Notes: a model not told the origin generated them from the sequence alone. Counted from the stretch's first letter, positions 16,635 through 40,941 are shown. The stretch: DNA of 64,000 nt from the human T2T-CHM13v2.0 reference genome, Homo sapiens (GCF_009914755.1 NC_060934.1), one strand, 5' to 3'. Made by a program: numbers and translations.

Positions 16635-17130
16635 GGCTGGACTTGGTGGCTCATGCCTGTAATTCCAGCAGTTTGGGAGGCTGAGGCAGATGGAACACTT
16701 GAGCCCAGGAGTTCAAGACCAGCCTGGGCAACATAGTGAGACTCCCCATCTCTACAGAAATTTAAAAATGAGCTGGGCATGGTGGTGTACACCTTTGGTC
16801 CCAGCTACTCAAGAGGCTGAGGCAGGAGGATCACTTGATCCCTGAAGATCAAGGCTGCTGCAGTGAGCTGTGATCGCACTACTGCACTCCAGCCTGGGCC
16901 ACAGAGTGAACCCTGTCTCTAAAAAAAAATAAAAACAAAACAAGAGTCCCTGGGCCCTTTGAATAAAAAGAGAGTAAAGAGGCTGGGCACAGTGGCTCAC
17001 GCCCGTAATCCCAGCACTTTGGGAGGCTGAGGCAGGCAGATCACTTGTGCCCAGGAGTTTGAGGCCAGCGTGGGCAACATAGCAAAATCCCATCTCTCCA
17101 AAAAAAAAAAAAAAAAAAGGAAAAGAAAAG
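16635..17130 (+). mobile_element. Sense Alu (16635-16940) and FLAM-type monomer (16981-17130)
   Basis: Alu consensus, A tails. Confidence 0.9.
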
Positions 17131-17626
17131 AAAGTGAGTAAAGGCTTTTGGGTTATAAAGAGAAAGGGAGAAGGATGATCCAGACTAGAAAGAAGATTAT
17201 TCCTTTCTTAGCTCAACCTTTTTGCTCCAAAAAAAAGAGGAGGAAGGGGCCAAACATAGATTATCCTGCACCAGAGGGCCAGCTCCTTAAATCTGAGTCT
17301 CATCCCAACCACCATCATTTGTAAAAACCAAGGGTGCATTCATTACCTGCAGTGCGTGGATCCCTGTGGTGCCATCATTATCATTTGAAGCTCCATCTCT
17401 GAAGCCTCTAGCTTTGTAAGGACCTACAGACCACTTCCCAAGTCATTGCAGGTTTATTTTTGTCGCATTTGAGCATAACCTCAGATTTGGCATACAATAC
17501 GAATGTCACCTTGAACAGCTTCTCCTTGAATGGGGGCCTACTCTCCCCAGGTGCAGTGAGCACCGTCGTCTTTACATGAGTGGGCCTACACCACCCTGCT
17601 GAGTAAATCCATCTGTTCTGTTTCAG

Positions 17627-17669
17627 TAACTGTGGCCTCTACAAATGGGAACGGGACGGAATGCTAAAG
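17627..17669 (+). CDS. MCM10: MCM10 penultimate coding exon (SNCGLYKWERDGMLK)
   Basis: tttcag| acceptor, |gtatgc donor; 43 nt, phase 2-0; completes the C-S-N-C zinc ligand pair. Confidence 0.95.
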
Positions 17670-17762
17670 GTATGCCATTTGCGTACTAATTTTTGACTCC
17701 TTTTAGTGACCCATGCTAATAATGTGGAACCATCTCCTATTAAAATATTTTCATTTTTCTAG

Positions 17763-17846
17763 GAAAAGACTGGTCCAAAGATAGGAGGAGAAACTCTGTT
17801 ACCAAGAGGAGAAGAACATGCTAAATTTCTGAACAGCCTTAAATAA
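17763..17846 (+). CDS. MCM10: MCM10 last coding exon (EKTGPKIGGETLLPRGEEHAKFLNSLK*)
   Basis: tttttctag| acceptor after a 93-nt intron; TAA at 17844-17846. Confidence 0.96.
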   Translation, partial: EKTGPKIGGETLLPRGEEHAKFLNSLK

Positions 17847-18584
17847 CCCGAACTTCAGACATTTTCCCACAGACTTCCTGGCCTCCTGTGACTCTGGAAA
17901 GCAAAGGATTGGCTGTGTATTGTCCATTGATTCCTGATTGACGCCGTCAAAAACAAATGCTTGTTAAGCCCATAAGCTTTGCCTGCTTACTTTCTGCCAT
18001 TGGGTTGGTTTGATACCACATTTAACATTGACATTTAAGTGGAAAACCAAGTTATCATTGTCTTTTCTAAGCTCAGTGTGGATGATTGCATTACTTCATT
18101 CACTGAAGTTTTTGCCCAAAAATTGGAAGGTAAACAGAGAGCTATGTTTCTGTATCTTTTGGTTATAGAGTGTTCACTTCTTTATCATAACAAAATTCTA
18201 GTGTTTATACGAACACCCAGAGGCAAAAGAATTTGGCTTAATTCTCACTCCAGGTAAGTAGCTTAACTTCTGGGCTTCAGTTTTCTCATCTGTAAAATCA
18301 GGAAGATTGGACTAAGTGATCCTGAAATGTATTTTTTAGCACTGGATTTCTACAAATAATAAAACTTTCCCATCTAGATAATGATGATCACATAGTCTTG
18401 ATGTACGGACATTAAAAGCCAGATTTCTTCATTCAATTCTGTTATCTCTGTTTTACTCTTTGAAATTGATCAAGCCACTGAATCACTTTGCATTTCAGTT
18501 TATATATAGAGAGAGAAAGAAGGCTGTCTGCTCTTACATTATTGTGGAGCCCTGTGATAGAAATATGTAAAATCTCATATTATT

Positions 18585-18850
18585 TTTTTTTTAATTTTTT
18601 TATTTTTTATGACAGGGTCTCACTATGTCACCCTGGCTGGAGTGCAGTAGTGCGATCGCGGCACACTGCAGCCTTGGCTTCCCTGGGCTCAAGCAGTCCT
18701 CCCACCTCAGTCTCCCAAATAGCTAGGACTACAGGCGTGCGTGACCAAGCCCAGCTAATTTTTGCATTTTTTGTAGAGATGGGGTTTTGCCATGTTGCTC
18801 AGGCTGGTCTCAAACTCCTGAGCACTAGCAATCCACCCACCTCTGCTTCC
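18585..18850 (-). mobile_element. Antisense Alu in the MCM10 3'UTR, 5'-truncated
   Basis: Alu consensus; stops at ...ccacctctgcttcc, then A17. Confidence 0.9.
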
Positions 18851-19624
18851 AAAAAAAAAAAAAAAAATGAAAGGTCAACCCCTATGCAAATTACCACAGC
18901 AAAGGTTTCATTCAGGAGATTCTTCCATCTGGGCAACCTGGTTTTCCAAATATCATTTGACCTAAGTGAATGTTGATACTAGCTAAAGATTGGGTAAATT
19001 GGTTGAATTATTGTATTGAAGCTTGAGCTGTAGCTAAAAGTAATTTAGGTTTCCCCTAAGATGTTATTATGTTAGGGACATAACACTTTTGGGAGGTTGT
19101 TGTGGGAGATGGTTGATTTAGGTTTTCAAAAGCTAGAAATAAAATTTACATGCCTTAGATTTCATAAAATTCTGCTCTAATTGGGTGGAAGGTGCTGTAT
19201 CTAACTTGTGTTCCTCCTAAGGTTATGTCCTAATAACTATTCTTTTAGGAGTATACTTCTACTTTATAGAAGGTTGCTTTTCTTTTTAATTTTTTCTAAC
19301 AAAGAAAAGAATAAAGTATTTATTAATAAGAACCAGAAAGCACTTGAAACTGATGTTTTTAATGGCTCACTTAGGGTAGATTTATTTATCTCATTAACTT
19401 AAAACAGCTATGTGTATGAAATAGGTCACAACAGAACTTGAACACCAGGTTGGTGTCTGAGCAATCCCTTTCTTATGGGAAAAACAATGTTCTTGTTTGA
19501 ACAGAGGGTATCATTGCAGTCAGTATTCACGTGTATATTGTTATATAAGTTGTATAATATGCTTGTAAAGGCTGAGGGTGAGCTGTATCTGGATGCCTTT
19601 TTACAATTTGATTTTAACTTTTAA

Positions 19625-19630
19625 AATAAA
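19625..19630 (+). terminator. MCM10: MCM10 distal poly(A) signal AATAAA
   Basis: canonical hexamer with U-rich upstream and U/GU-rich downstream sequence; other AATAAA at 18358, 19138 and 19310. Confidence 0.7.
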
Positions 19631-19742
19631 TTTAAAACATAATTGTCACTTCTTAGTTTTGCTCAATCTTGGGGGACTTTGCTTTGAGGTGCTCTGTGCA
19701 TGTGCTTTCTTAGCATATTTGGGGATGAGACGCGGTCGGTAG

Positions 19743-20153
<411 letters not shown>

Positions 20154-20758
20154 TAGCGTAGGGATTAAATGTGTAATCACAGGCCACTGGAACAGGTAAG
20201 TACACAGTGATCTGAACTAGCAAACAAAAACAACCGTGTCCTTCAAGGAGAACCTGGTTGATCTAAAGTTAATAATCTTCACAATAGATTTTTTTTTTCT
20301 TTTTACTGTGCCTTTTTCTGTTTAGAGGAAATAAATGGCTTTCTAAAGAAAATCATCTTTGTCTCGAGTTTCGTTAAAATAAATTTTCCCTTTCCAAACA
20401 TCAAAAGGAAATCTGAAGTATTTTAGATACCAACCATCCTGAATAGCAAATGAGGAACTTCTGAATAATGGGTGTGGAATTTTCCCCAAAGGGAACTTCA
20501 ACATTCAAAGCTTCAGGCGGACTGATGGATAACAAACTTGACAGGAAGAGATCGCATGGATTGGGTTTCTGTGTAGAAACTGGTGATGACAGAAGTAAAG
20601 CTTGATGTTTGTAGCAGGTGAAATCATACCTAATGACATTTTAGAAAATCTGGAGCACAAATCTATGTGCGTAAGTATATCTCTAGTAGCAACCCATTAG
20701 GTGTAAAATAGACTTCTCTGATCCCATGGCTAGAGATTTGGAAATAATACAGCTTTCA

Positions 20759-22395
<1,637 letters not shown>

Positions 22396-22403
22396 TTTGG
22401 GAA

Positions 22404-24346
<1,943 letters not shown>

Positions 24347-25126
24347 CATCTGTAGTGACTTTCTAAAGGACATGCTACACTATTTTTTCAGTAATGATTT
24401 CAGGATACCATTCTAATTGTGTAAATCACTTTAGTTTAAAAGTTCTGTCTCTAGCAGTTGAGGGATTTGTCCATAAGCAAATTTGTTAAATATGAATATT
24501 CTAGTCTACAACTGATGGTTTTGATATACTCTGTGATCTTACAATGTACTAACACTTTTAAAAAAGTTTTGGCACTTTCCATATTATCGTGGCTTTTGTA
24601 ATTAAAAATAGTTTGAATACACATGGTTTAAAATGTTTAAAGGACAGAGGAATATAACACAAAACATAAATATAGAGTATCTTGCCCCTCAGTGCCCTTC
24701 TGTTCCGTACTGAGTGCATGAAAAATTACAATTTAGAACATGACCTAATAAAATCGTAAGTTAGTACTCCAGACCTCGGTGCCTCGGAGGAATGGGATCA
24801 TCATTTTTAATTCTGCAAGTCTTTAACTTGGGGGTTTACACACTAAATGATCCAGACTCACTAGTGTGTTATTTGAGACTCAAAAGTATTATTAGAGTGT
24901 CTAAACTAATGAGACATTATCTAGAAAAATGTTCACCTTTGTTTGCATGTGAAATCAAGGTTCTTTTCAAACACATCTCCTTCAAACACTGCCATTCCTG
25001 TAGGAAGTTTTTTTTTTTTTTTGGAAAGTTTTACAAAAACTGCTTAACTGTAAATTAACTATACAGATTTTTATTCGTGGTAGAAAGCTGGTTTAATAGG
25101 TAAACCAACGGGTATTAAACAAAGCA

Positions 25127-27236
<2,110 letters not shown>

Positions 27237-27911
27237 CTACCAACCCCAGTTGGCAGGCTCACCATCCACTCGGTAACTGATCTAGATAGACACATGTTGT
27301 TCTCAAATTTCATTTTTTCTTTTTCTTTTTTTTTTTTTTTTTTTAGATAGGGTCTCACTCTGTCTGACAGACGGGAATGTAGTGGCCTGATCATAGCTCA
27401 CTGCACCCTCAAACTCCTGGCCTCAAACAATCCTCCTGCCTCAGCTTCCCAAAGCACTGGGATTACAGGTATGAGCCACCACACCTGGCCTTAAAGTTTT
27501 TCTGTTATACCAGTGTCTTCCACTGCTAGAACATTGCTTACTAAAAGCTGTGTGTCACTTTCAAGGAGGTTTGTGGAGAGCTGCGGGTTCCTAAACAGCC
27601 TTTCTGTTTAGCCAGGCCCGAAGGCATTGGGGTGGGTGGTAGAAGTACATGGATCACATAGCTAGGGTATGCACTAGGAACCTGGTTAAGTCTGACTTGG
27701 TTAAATTTAATGGAGCTAGAAGTGAGATTTGCCGTCTGAAAAGACACCGTGAATAGTGTATATTTCAAGCACCCCTGTCCCCTGCCCAGGACTTTTCTGG
27801 TCTTAAGTTTACTTGCTTTCAGAAAGGATCAGCAAAGATGCCCAGCGATAGGAAGCACGCGACCTCTTCAAAGAGAAATTCGATTTAGCCAGTTTAAAAT
27901 ATGTAGAAGTC

Positions 27912-28214
27912 GGCTGGGTGCAGTGGCTCACCTGTAATCCAGCACTTTGGAAGGCCAAGGTGAGTGGATTGCTTGAGCTCAGGTGTTCAAGATCGGCCTG
28001 GACAACATGGCAAGACCCCGTCTCTCCTGAAAATACAAAAACTAGCTGTGCATGGTGGTACATGCCTGTAGTCCCAGATACTTGGGAGAATGAAGTGGGA
28101 GGATCACCTAAGCCTGGAAGGTCGGGGCTGCAGTGAGCCATGATCTTGCCACTGCACTGCAACCTGGGTGACAAAGTGAGACCCTGTCTCAAAAAAAAAA
28201 AAAAAAAAAGTGTG

Positions 28215-28247
<33 letters not shown>

Positions 28248-28271
28248 GCACATATATATATATATATATAT
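27912..28271 (+). mobile_element. Alu followed by compound (TA)n(CA)n(TA)n microsatellite (28210-28271)
   Basis: Alu consensus; visible dinucleotide runs. Confidence 0.9.
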
Positions 28272-28506
28272 GTTATGACCCAGCATTTCATGTCCAGAAA
28301 TCGATCACACTGATAGACGACTGGGTGAGTCAACTCTAGCGTATTCGGTGGCATATGGGACATATTGAGAAGAGTGAGCAATGCTCCTCAAGTTCAAGCT
28401 TTCAAACACCCAAGTCAGCAAGAATCACATCATCGCTCAGGGAAGACAGCATGACACCCCTCGGTTGGAGATTTGAGAAGATAATACACATGGTTGATTC
28501 AGCGTT

Positions 28507-28512
28507 TTTATT
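28507..28512 (-). terminator. UCMA: UCMA poly(A) signal AATAAA
   Basis: tttatt on + strand about 320 nt downstream of the stop codon. Confidence 0.8.
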
Positions 28513-28829
28513 TGTAAGCCATAAGCAAACATGTGATTCTTGACTGATTCTTTTGCTTGGGAACGAAGCCAGGGGAAGCCACTGTAGGTTTGGTACTAGG
28601 AGGCCCTGCAGGCAGTTGCTCACCTCAGAAGATGGTCTGCAAAGAGGTGAAAGTCAGGACACTTTCACACACTGGAAGGAAAGGCATGCGTCTTTTCAAG
28701 AGCTGCTGGCCACTGCAGACCCCAAGCTGAGACCCTCTGAAGGGCCGGTTTGCATGGGAAAGATTGCTGGAACACGGGGATGCCAATGGTGCTACAAGCT
28801 TTGTCTTCTTGGCCGGCTTCAGGATGGGA

Positions 28830-28927
28830 TCAGGTGTGGTGGCGGTTGTAGAGATAGGATGGGTGCAGGCCGTCATAGTGCCACTGGCGCCACTGCTCCA
28901 CAGCCTCCCGGCTCCTCTCTTCCTGCT
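28830..28927 (-). CDS. UCMA: UCMA exon 5 coding part ([32 protein letters not shown])
   Basis: cctccccag| acceptor; TGA ends at 28830; exons total 58+66+96+99+98=417 nt = 138 aa + stop. Confidence 0.96.
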
Positions 28928-29394
28928 CTGGGGAGGAAAGACAAAGCCACCTGTTAGGACAGGGGGACTCTGACCTGCCACTGAGCCCAGCAGCCATCAG
29001 CCGAACACCTGCCCTGTGGTGACCTGCACTGAGAGTGTTTGTGAGCCCTGGTGAGAGAAGGCCAGGACTGGTGAGGATCCAGAGTATGTGAGCTGACAAG
29101 CCTTGTGTATAAGTCAGGCCCAGATGGGCGAAGGTCACAGGCAGGTGTAGACCAGGGCCGGGCATCTCAGGCTCTTCTGCCTGCCCAGCCAGTGTAGGAG
29201 GGCAGAGGCTTATGCAGCCCTGTTTCAAAGACTTAACAACCAAGACACAAGACGAAAAAGTAACAACACAGTAGCAGGAATGGACTACTGGAAGGACATG
29301 CAAGAAAAATAAGGGACTACAAACCATGCCTTGAAAACATGAAGGAAATCATTGTCGACTTGGAGTTTTTTTTCCTCCATACTGTTCTGAATTA

Positions 29395-31227
<1,833 letters not shown>

Positions 31228-32119
31228 TCAAAGATGTTGGAAGGATGGGAAATCCTAACAGAAGATGATGTCAAGAATTAAAGAACCAAGATGTCTTTCT
31301 TACCTCTGTTTTCTCAAATGTGGACCTCACCAAGAAGCCCATGAACCTGATTTTGGTACTAGCGAAAGTGAAACTGGCATCCTCTGTGGCGATGGCCAAC
31401 AGGACCGCCTGGTGGCTTCAGGGTGTGAGGAATGGAGATGTTGCTTTGGTCCTTAGCACCTGTGAGAGCCGCGTGCTCAGGCCTAGTCTCACCTCGGCCC
31501 AGCTGGGTGCAGGGCCCAGTGACCAAGGCATGTTGAGGCACCGCAGCTGCCAGAAGTGTTTCCTTCTTATGTGGGCTCAGAGCTGGCCCTCCCCTTGGTG
31601 CTGAAAATCCCATTAGGTACTTGATAGCCCAGGGGCAGCCTGGAGCTCACAGAGCCAGGCCCAGGCCGGAGCTTTGTGTGTTCATCTTCAGCTCTTTCGG
31701 GCATTTCTCAAGCTCAGTAGACGAGCTACTCTTTGCCAACCCTGAGAGTGTGGTTTTGACGTAGAAGTTGATTCAGCATCCCTTTTTTTGTTGTTTTTGT
31801 TTTTGAGACAAGTTCTCATCCTGTTGCCCAAGCAGAAGTGCAGTGGCACAATCATAGCTCACTGCAGCCTCCTGGACTCAAGTGATTCTTCAGCCTCAGC
31901 CTCCCAAGTTGCTGGGACTACAGGCATGCACCACCATGCCGGGCTAATTTTTAATAGAGACAAGGTCTCGTTATGTTGCCAGGGCTAAATTCCTTGGCCT
32001 CCAAAAGTCCTGGGACTACAGGCTTGTAGTCCCAGTGGGCATTCCTTTTATGAAGTAAGTACTTTGGGGAGATGTCGAATATCCAACTGCTATCAGTAAC
32101 CCTTAGAATAGGTGACTCG

Positions 32120-32418
32120 GGGCGGGGGCGGGGGCTCACGCCTGTAATCCCAGCACTGTGGGAGGCCGAGGTGGGCAGATCACCTGAAGTCAGGAGTTCA
32201 AGACCAGCCTGGCCAACATGGTGAAACCGTGTCTCTACTAAAAATACAAAAATTAGCAAGGCGTGGTGGTGGGTGCCTGTAATCCCAGCTACTCAGGAAG
32301 CTGAGGCAGGAGAATCACTTGAACCCCGGAGGAGGAGGTTTCATTGAGCCGAGATAGCGCCACTGCACTCCAGCCTGGTGACAGAGCGAGATTCCATCTC
32401 AAAAAAAAAAAAAAAAAA
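32120..32418 (+). mobile_element. Alu (AluS-like)
   Basis: TSD agaataggtgact. Confidence 0.9.
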
Positions 32419-32924
32419 GAATAGGTGACTTGGTTAGATAGGACAGTTAGCTGAAACCAGGGTCCTGACTGACAGGTATGTCAGGGGCCTCAGGGGAGGG
32501 CTTGGAAGTCAGACGCCTTGAGCACCGCCCCAGGGATGGTTTCAGGCAAGCAGAACCCCGTGCAACATTGTGAGCCACAGGCAACGGAGAGGAAAGAAGA
32601 TTGAAATGATTTCCACCTTTTCCAAAACTCATCCTCCGGAGGCCAGGCCTGCTTCACCTTGTGACCCCTGCCTTGATGGAGCTCTGGGGAGACCCCCTGA
32701 GGGCTACTCTGCTTTATCTTTCTCACTCACTCCATCCGGGGGCCAATTCCTGGATCAAAGAAGCTCTCCAAGACCTCTATGCATTTGCTCATCCTTGATT
32801 TACAAGAACAGGAGCTTTGCTGGCAAATAAGCCTTGGGGTTCTAATGCTAGGGCTATCTACTAGCCTCGTCTCCTTGAGTATACATGTATCCTTTCTAAG
32901 CCTCAGTTTTTTATTTTTGTTGTG

Positions 32925-33420
<496 letters not shown>

Positions 33421-34164
33421 TAGGTGGCCACTTACAGTGCCTGGCAGAGCAAGGGCTCAAGGACAACAGCTTCTGGAACTGCATTCCCCAAAGGCCTGTG
33501 TTTTCTCCATCTGTGTGGGTGAGACCTAGGGTCTCCTGTCTTCCTATCCTGTAAGAGGACCTGCAGGCGCCCAACCCTGCATCCTGAATTCATCAAGAAA
33601 GGGAAAACAGTGAATGTTTTTTCATCTACATGCTAGAGCTTTGGGCCTAAAACATTTAAAACTGCTCAAAATAAAATGCTATTTTAATAGTATGAGTCAA
33701 AATCACACTGAAGGAATTTTGAAGGCCACATTCTCAACTTTTAAGTGCTTCTCCCCAAGCTGCCCACCAAGATAAACACATCTCTAGCAGAAGTGTGTGC
33801 TTCCAAGCTGTGATGGCCTGAAGTTTTCCCAGTATGTTCCTAAGAAAGTTTGATTTGCCAGGATCCAAGCCCAGCACCTGTTTGCAGGCCTCAGCCAGGT
33901 GCACCTGCAGGGCAATGGGCATAGCCTGCAGCACCTGACCCAGGGGTGGTTTCCTTTTCACTAGGAGATGCCTTCCGAGGGTGCTGCCTCCCCAGTCCAT
34001 CAGAGCAAACGGCCAGGAGAAATGAAAGAGCTGACTCTCTCCCACAAAGGCGACCTAAACTGGGGCCTCACGTCCAAGTTCACGTGCACCCAGGAGGTAC
34101 CAGGTGATTTTCCTCAGGAGCATTACAATCTTGAAATTTGGAGAAAGACCAAATAAATAAACAG

Positions 34165-34471
34165 GGCTAGGTGCGATGGCCCACGCCTATAATCCCAGCA
34201 CTTTGGGAGACTGACATGGGCAGATTACTTGAGGTCAGGAGTTCGTGACCAGCCTGGCCAACATAGTAAATCCCCATCTCTACCCAAAATACAAAAATTA
34301 GCTGGGCATAGCGGTGCACACCTGTAATCCCAGCTACTTGGGAGGCTGAGACAGGAGAATCACTTGAACTCGGAGCGGGAGGTTGCGGTGAGCTGAGATC
34401 ATGCCACTGCACTCCAGCCTGGGTGACAGAATGAGACTGTCTCAAAAAAAAAAAAAAAAAAAGGAAAGGAA

Positions 34472-34520
<49 letters not shown>
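34165..34520 (+). mobile_element. Alu followed by a pure (AC)~23 microsatellite (34474-34520)
   Basis: Alu consensus; uninterrupted AC run. Confidence 0.9.
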
Positions 34521-34521
<1 letters not shown>

Positions 34522-34713
34522 TCTCTGGTATGCTGGTGTGATCCCCATTAAACGGTCCTAAGGATGTTTGCTGTGGGTGACCCTTGAGGGTACTTCACAG
34601 CAAAATCAAATCCCACTCCGTGGAAGGCAGTGGCTCAAAGACAGAGCATCCTCTACCCGTGTCCCCAGCCACACCATCCTCCACTGAGCCCTGGCACAGC
34701 CAGCACTTTCTAA

Positions 34714-37815
<3,102 letters not shown>

Positions 37816-38834
37816 CATCTCAAATCCTTCTTGGAAGTAAGACGCTTACCTTAATTAATGAATTATATAAATACTAGTTATTTCTGTTACTTTTCTATTA
37901 CTTAACTCAGATTAAAAATCAAGTTATCTGTGAACTGGGCTTAGTGCAGATTCCAGACGTCTGGAATGTTTCTTCCCAAACGTCTGCCGTGACCTACTTA
38001 GTTGCAGGAAACTTGAGTCTGGCAGAAGGGGTTGGTTATCCCATCCATACCCATGCCCCACCTCTCACTCGGCATTCACACATTTCTCAGAGGGGATTCA
38101 GGCTCAGAGATGTGCATGACCTAACAGAGGTCACACAGCAGATTGGGGCAGAGCTAGGGTACCAGGTTCCCACACGCCACTGCTGGCTCAGCTTCCCTCT
38201 TCCCACCCACTGTGGGTCCTGATGTTGCTCCAAGCGCCAGAAAGCCGTTGTGGGAGGTGCGGGGGCTTAGGGTTTAGGAAGCAGGTACTTAGTAAGTCAC
38301 TGCCTATTCCTAAAGAAGCGTCCTCTGTCCCCTGTGTACTCAGGACAGCAAACAATCTTCCCAAGTGGTCTTTTCAGAGGTGTCACAAATTAGAGCTTTG
38401 ACGTAATGAATAAGAACAATTTAATCCTCAGGACAAGATAGTAATTTTATACTATGTGTCATTCTGTGCATTGTATACGTTTCTTCTCAAGAACATGCAT
38501 TCATCACACTCTCTTTTCACCCTAAAGTAACTTCACCTTTATCCCAGAGGCTTAGAGATGTCAGATGCCTGTCTCCTGGTTCCAAATTCAAGTTGGCTGA
38601 AGTGTCTGTCACCTGCCCTTTATCCAACCTGAGGCATCGCTGGGCACTGCCCTCCTGCTATCCACAGGAGTTGACTGGGTGACAGCAGATGCATTCATGC
38701 ACAATCCTGGGTGTTCACCAGGCTGTCCTGCACCTCCCATGACTAATTGACACACTGAGCTTCTGTCCGAGGTAAGGCACTTCAGGCTAAATGGTGTAGC
38801 TCATTGTTTGGAGTCAGCTTAAGAGGACAGAAGA

Positions 38835-39218
<384 letters not shown>

Positions 39219-39989
39219 TCAAAAACAGTCCAGCCCCCCTCCCAACCTTTCAGTGCTTCTTGACATTGGCCAACTTTTAAATCTCCAGTTGTATGAGGCC
39301 TGGAGGTTTTCCTAGCACGGTTATACTTATTCAATTTTTTTTAAAAAAAGAAATTTCATCTCCAAGCATTTCTATCTCTGTTCTTCCCATCATTTGAAAA
39401 CAGTCCTGTTATTTTTACCAAGCAAGTCACCTTGCTGAGTGCCCTGAAGAATACAAAGAGTTCATTCACCCACAGGCACGAGGAGGAAAGACTCAAGCCA
39501 GAGACTCGGGAGATACTGTCTGAGCTCAGCATCTTGGAAGAAGCAGGTTCAGGAGTAGAAACTCAAATGCCCTCAGGGGTTGGCAGGTGAAGGGCATGAG
39601 GACCCTGAAGCCGGGGCTCCACAGGCCCTACAGCAGGCTGTGCAACAGACAGGCTCACCCCAATGTGTTGAAAATGAAAACTTAAAAAAAAAAAAACCTC
39701 TGCTGGCTGAACACAGCTCTTTCAGAGGCTTATAAATAAGGAAATTAGGACCAGAGGGAGGAAGTAGCCAAGGCCACTTAGCAGCACAGCTGTCCCCAGA
39801 CCCACATTTCTCAGCACCCAGTGTCCTGTGCCTTCCCCATGTGCGATGCTGTTGCTCTTATACAGAAGGTGTGCTGGACCAGTACCCGCAAAGCACACAC
39901 TGATGTGTGGGTCGCCTCCAGACCAGAATATAGATTTCCCTCCCTACACCTTTCTGAAATCCAATGCATCTTATCCCTGTTAGGTGTGT

Positions 39990-40064
39990 TTAATGTAGCA
40001 TCATGGCCAAGAAGCAGGACAAGAGGACCTGTCTCCAAGTCATCTTTGCAGAGGTGGGGCCTCC
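39990..40064 (-). pseudogene. Degenerate duplicate of UCMA exon 1 in intron 3 (MTWRQVLLSCFLAMMLH*)
   Basis: 28-nt exact match cctgtctccaagtcatctttgcagaggt shared with exon 1 plus flanking similarity; ATG at 40043, TAA at 39990-39992. Confidence 0.85.
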
Positions 40065-40278
40065 TAACCCTGACAAAGTATTCAATCCAATATACGACCT
40101 ACAGTCAGGAAATAGGGTGTAATTTCTCATTCAGAGCTGCAGTCCCTTTGATACCCTGGGGTGAGCCCTTCGTGCCCAGCTGCATCCTGCTGCCCGGCTG
40201 ACTGTGGGAGAGGAGGAGCCGGGGGGTGTGAGCAGAGGTGGTGATGGACGGGGGGTGGGGTCCCTCCAGCATCCTTAC

Positions 40279-40374
40279 CATTGACCTCATCTCGGGACTT
40301 GGGGGACCGCTTGCCGCGCCTCTTGAGGAAATTCGAGGCATCTGATTCCTGCATGAAAATCTTCTGTTTTGCAT
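40279..40374 (-). CDS. UCMA: UCMA exon 3, propeptide and furin site ([32 protein letters not shown])
   Basis: tttcag| acceptor, |gtaagg donor; 96 nt, phase 1-1; Gla-protein-type propeptide followed by RGKR. Confidence 0.96.
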
Positions 40375-40475
40375 CTGAAACCCGGGAGAGGCCTGTCACC
40401 AGCAGTGTGGGGGTGCTGGGGCTGCTGCTTCGCTGGCTGCACCTGCCCTGCCCCGTGGGTGGCCCCTGCACTCAC

Positions 40476-40541
40476 CTTCACTCGCCTCTTCTCCCGCCAT
40501 CTGCATGGTGCCCACAGATACACTGGTTCCCTCTCTCAGCA
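40476..40541 (-). CDS. UCMA: UCMA exon 2 (MLREGTSVSVGTMQMAGEEASE)
   Basis: cctgcag| acceptor, |gtgagt donor; 66 nt, phase 1-1. Confidence 0.95.
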
Positions 40542-40941
40542 CTGCAGGACAAGGGCACAGAGTGAGGCTGCAGCATCAGAGGGGAGCCCAGACCCTGAGC
40601 TGAGTCCCCATCTCTCTTTCCAGGCTAAGCGTCCTGCCAGGGCCTGGCAGGGGGCCCGTGGTTTCTCACGTACCAGCTGCAGAGCCAATCTCCCCAGGAA
40701 CCCACCAAGCAAGCTGGCTTGGGTTTTTTTTCTATTTTGTTTCTTTCTTTACTGTTTTTTATTATTATTATTATTTTTCTGTATTGCATTGTGTCCTACA
40801 TGCACACGACACACACATACACACATGTTAACAATAAGCATACTCCTTTCTACCTGCATCACCTGAGCAGCCTTACCTGTGCATGGTAAGTCTCCCTTAC
40901 CATGTAACTAACACCCTCCGCCTTGACCCTCCTGTACTCAC

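Larger units (their letters stand above)
17847..19645 (+). other. MCM10: MCM10 3'UTR (about 1.8 kb) with a MIR fragment (~18250-18325) and an antisense Alu
   Basis: follows the stop codon; AU-rich; end placed just after AATAAA at 19625-19630 (approximate). Confidence 0.75.

Noticed and set aside
25005-25080. Poly-T run plus tttatt as the tail of a - strand processed pseudogene
   Set aside because: Signal-to-tail spacing (~48 nt) is long, and I found no TSD or recognisable coding sequence.
28928-29327. N-terminal extension of the 165-aa ORF 28830-29327(-)
   Set aside because: Open frame in the intron ahead of the exon 5 acceptor; only 28830-28927 fits the UCMA splice pattern.
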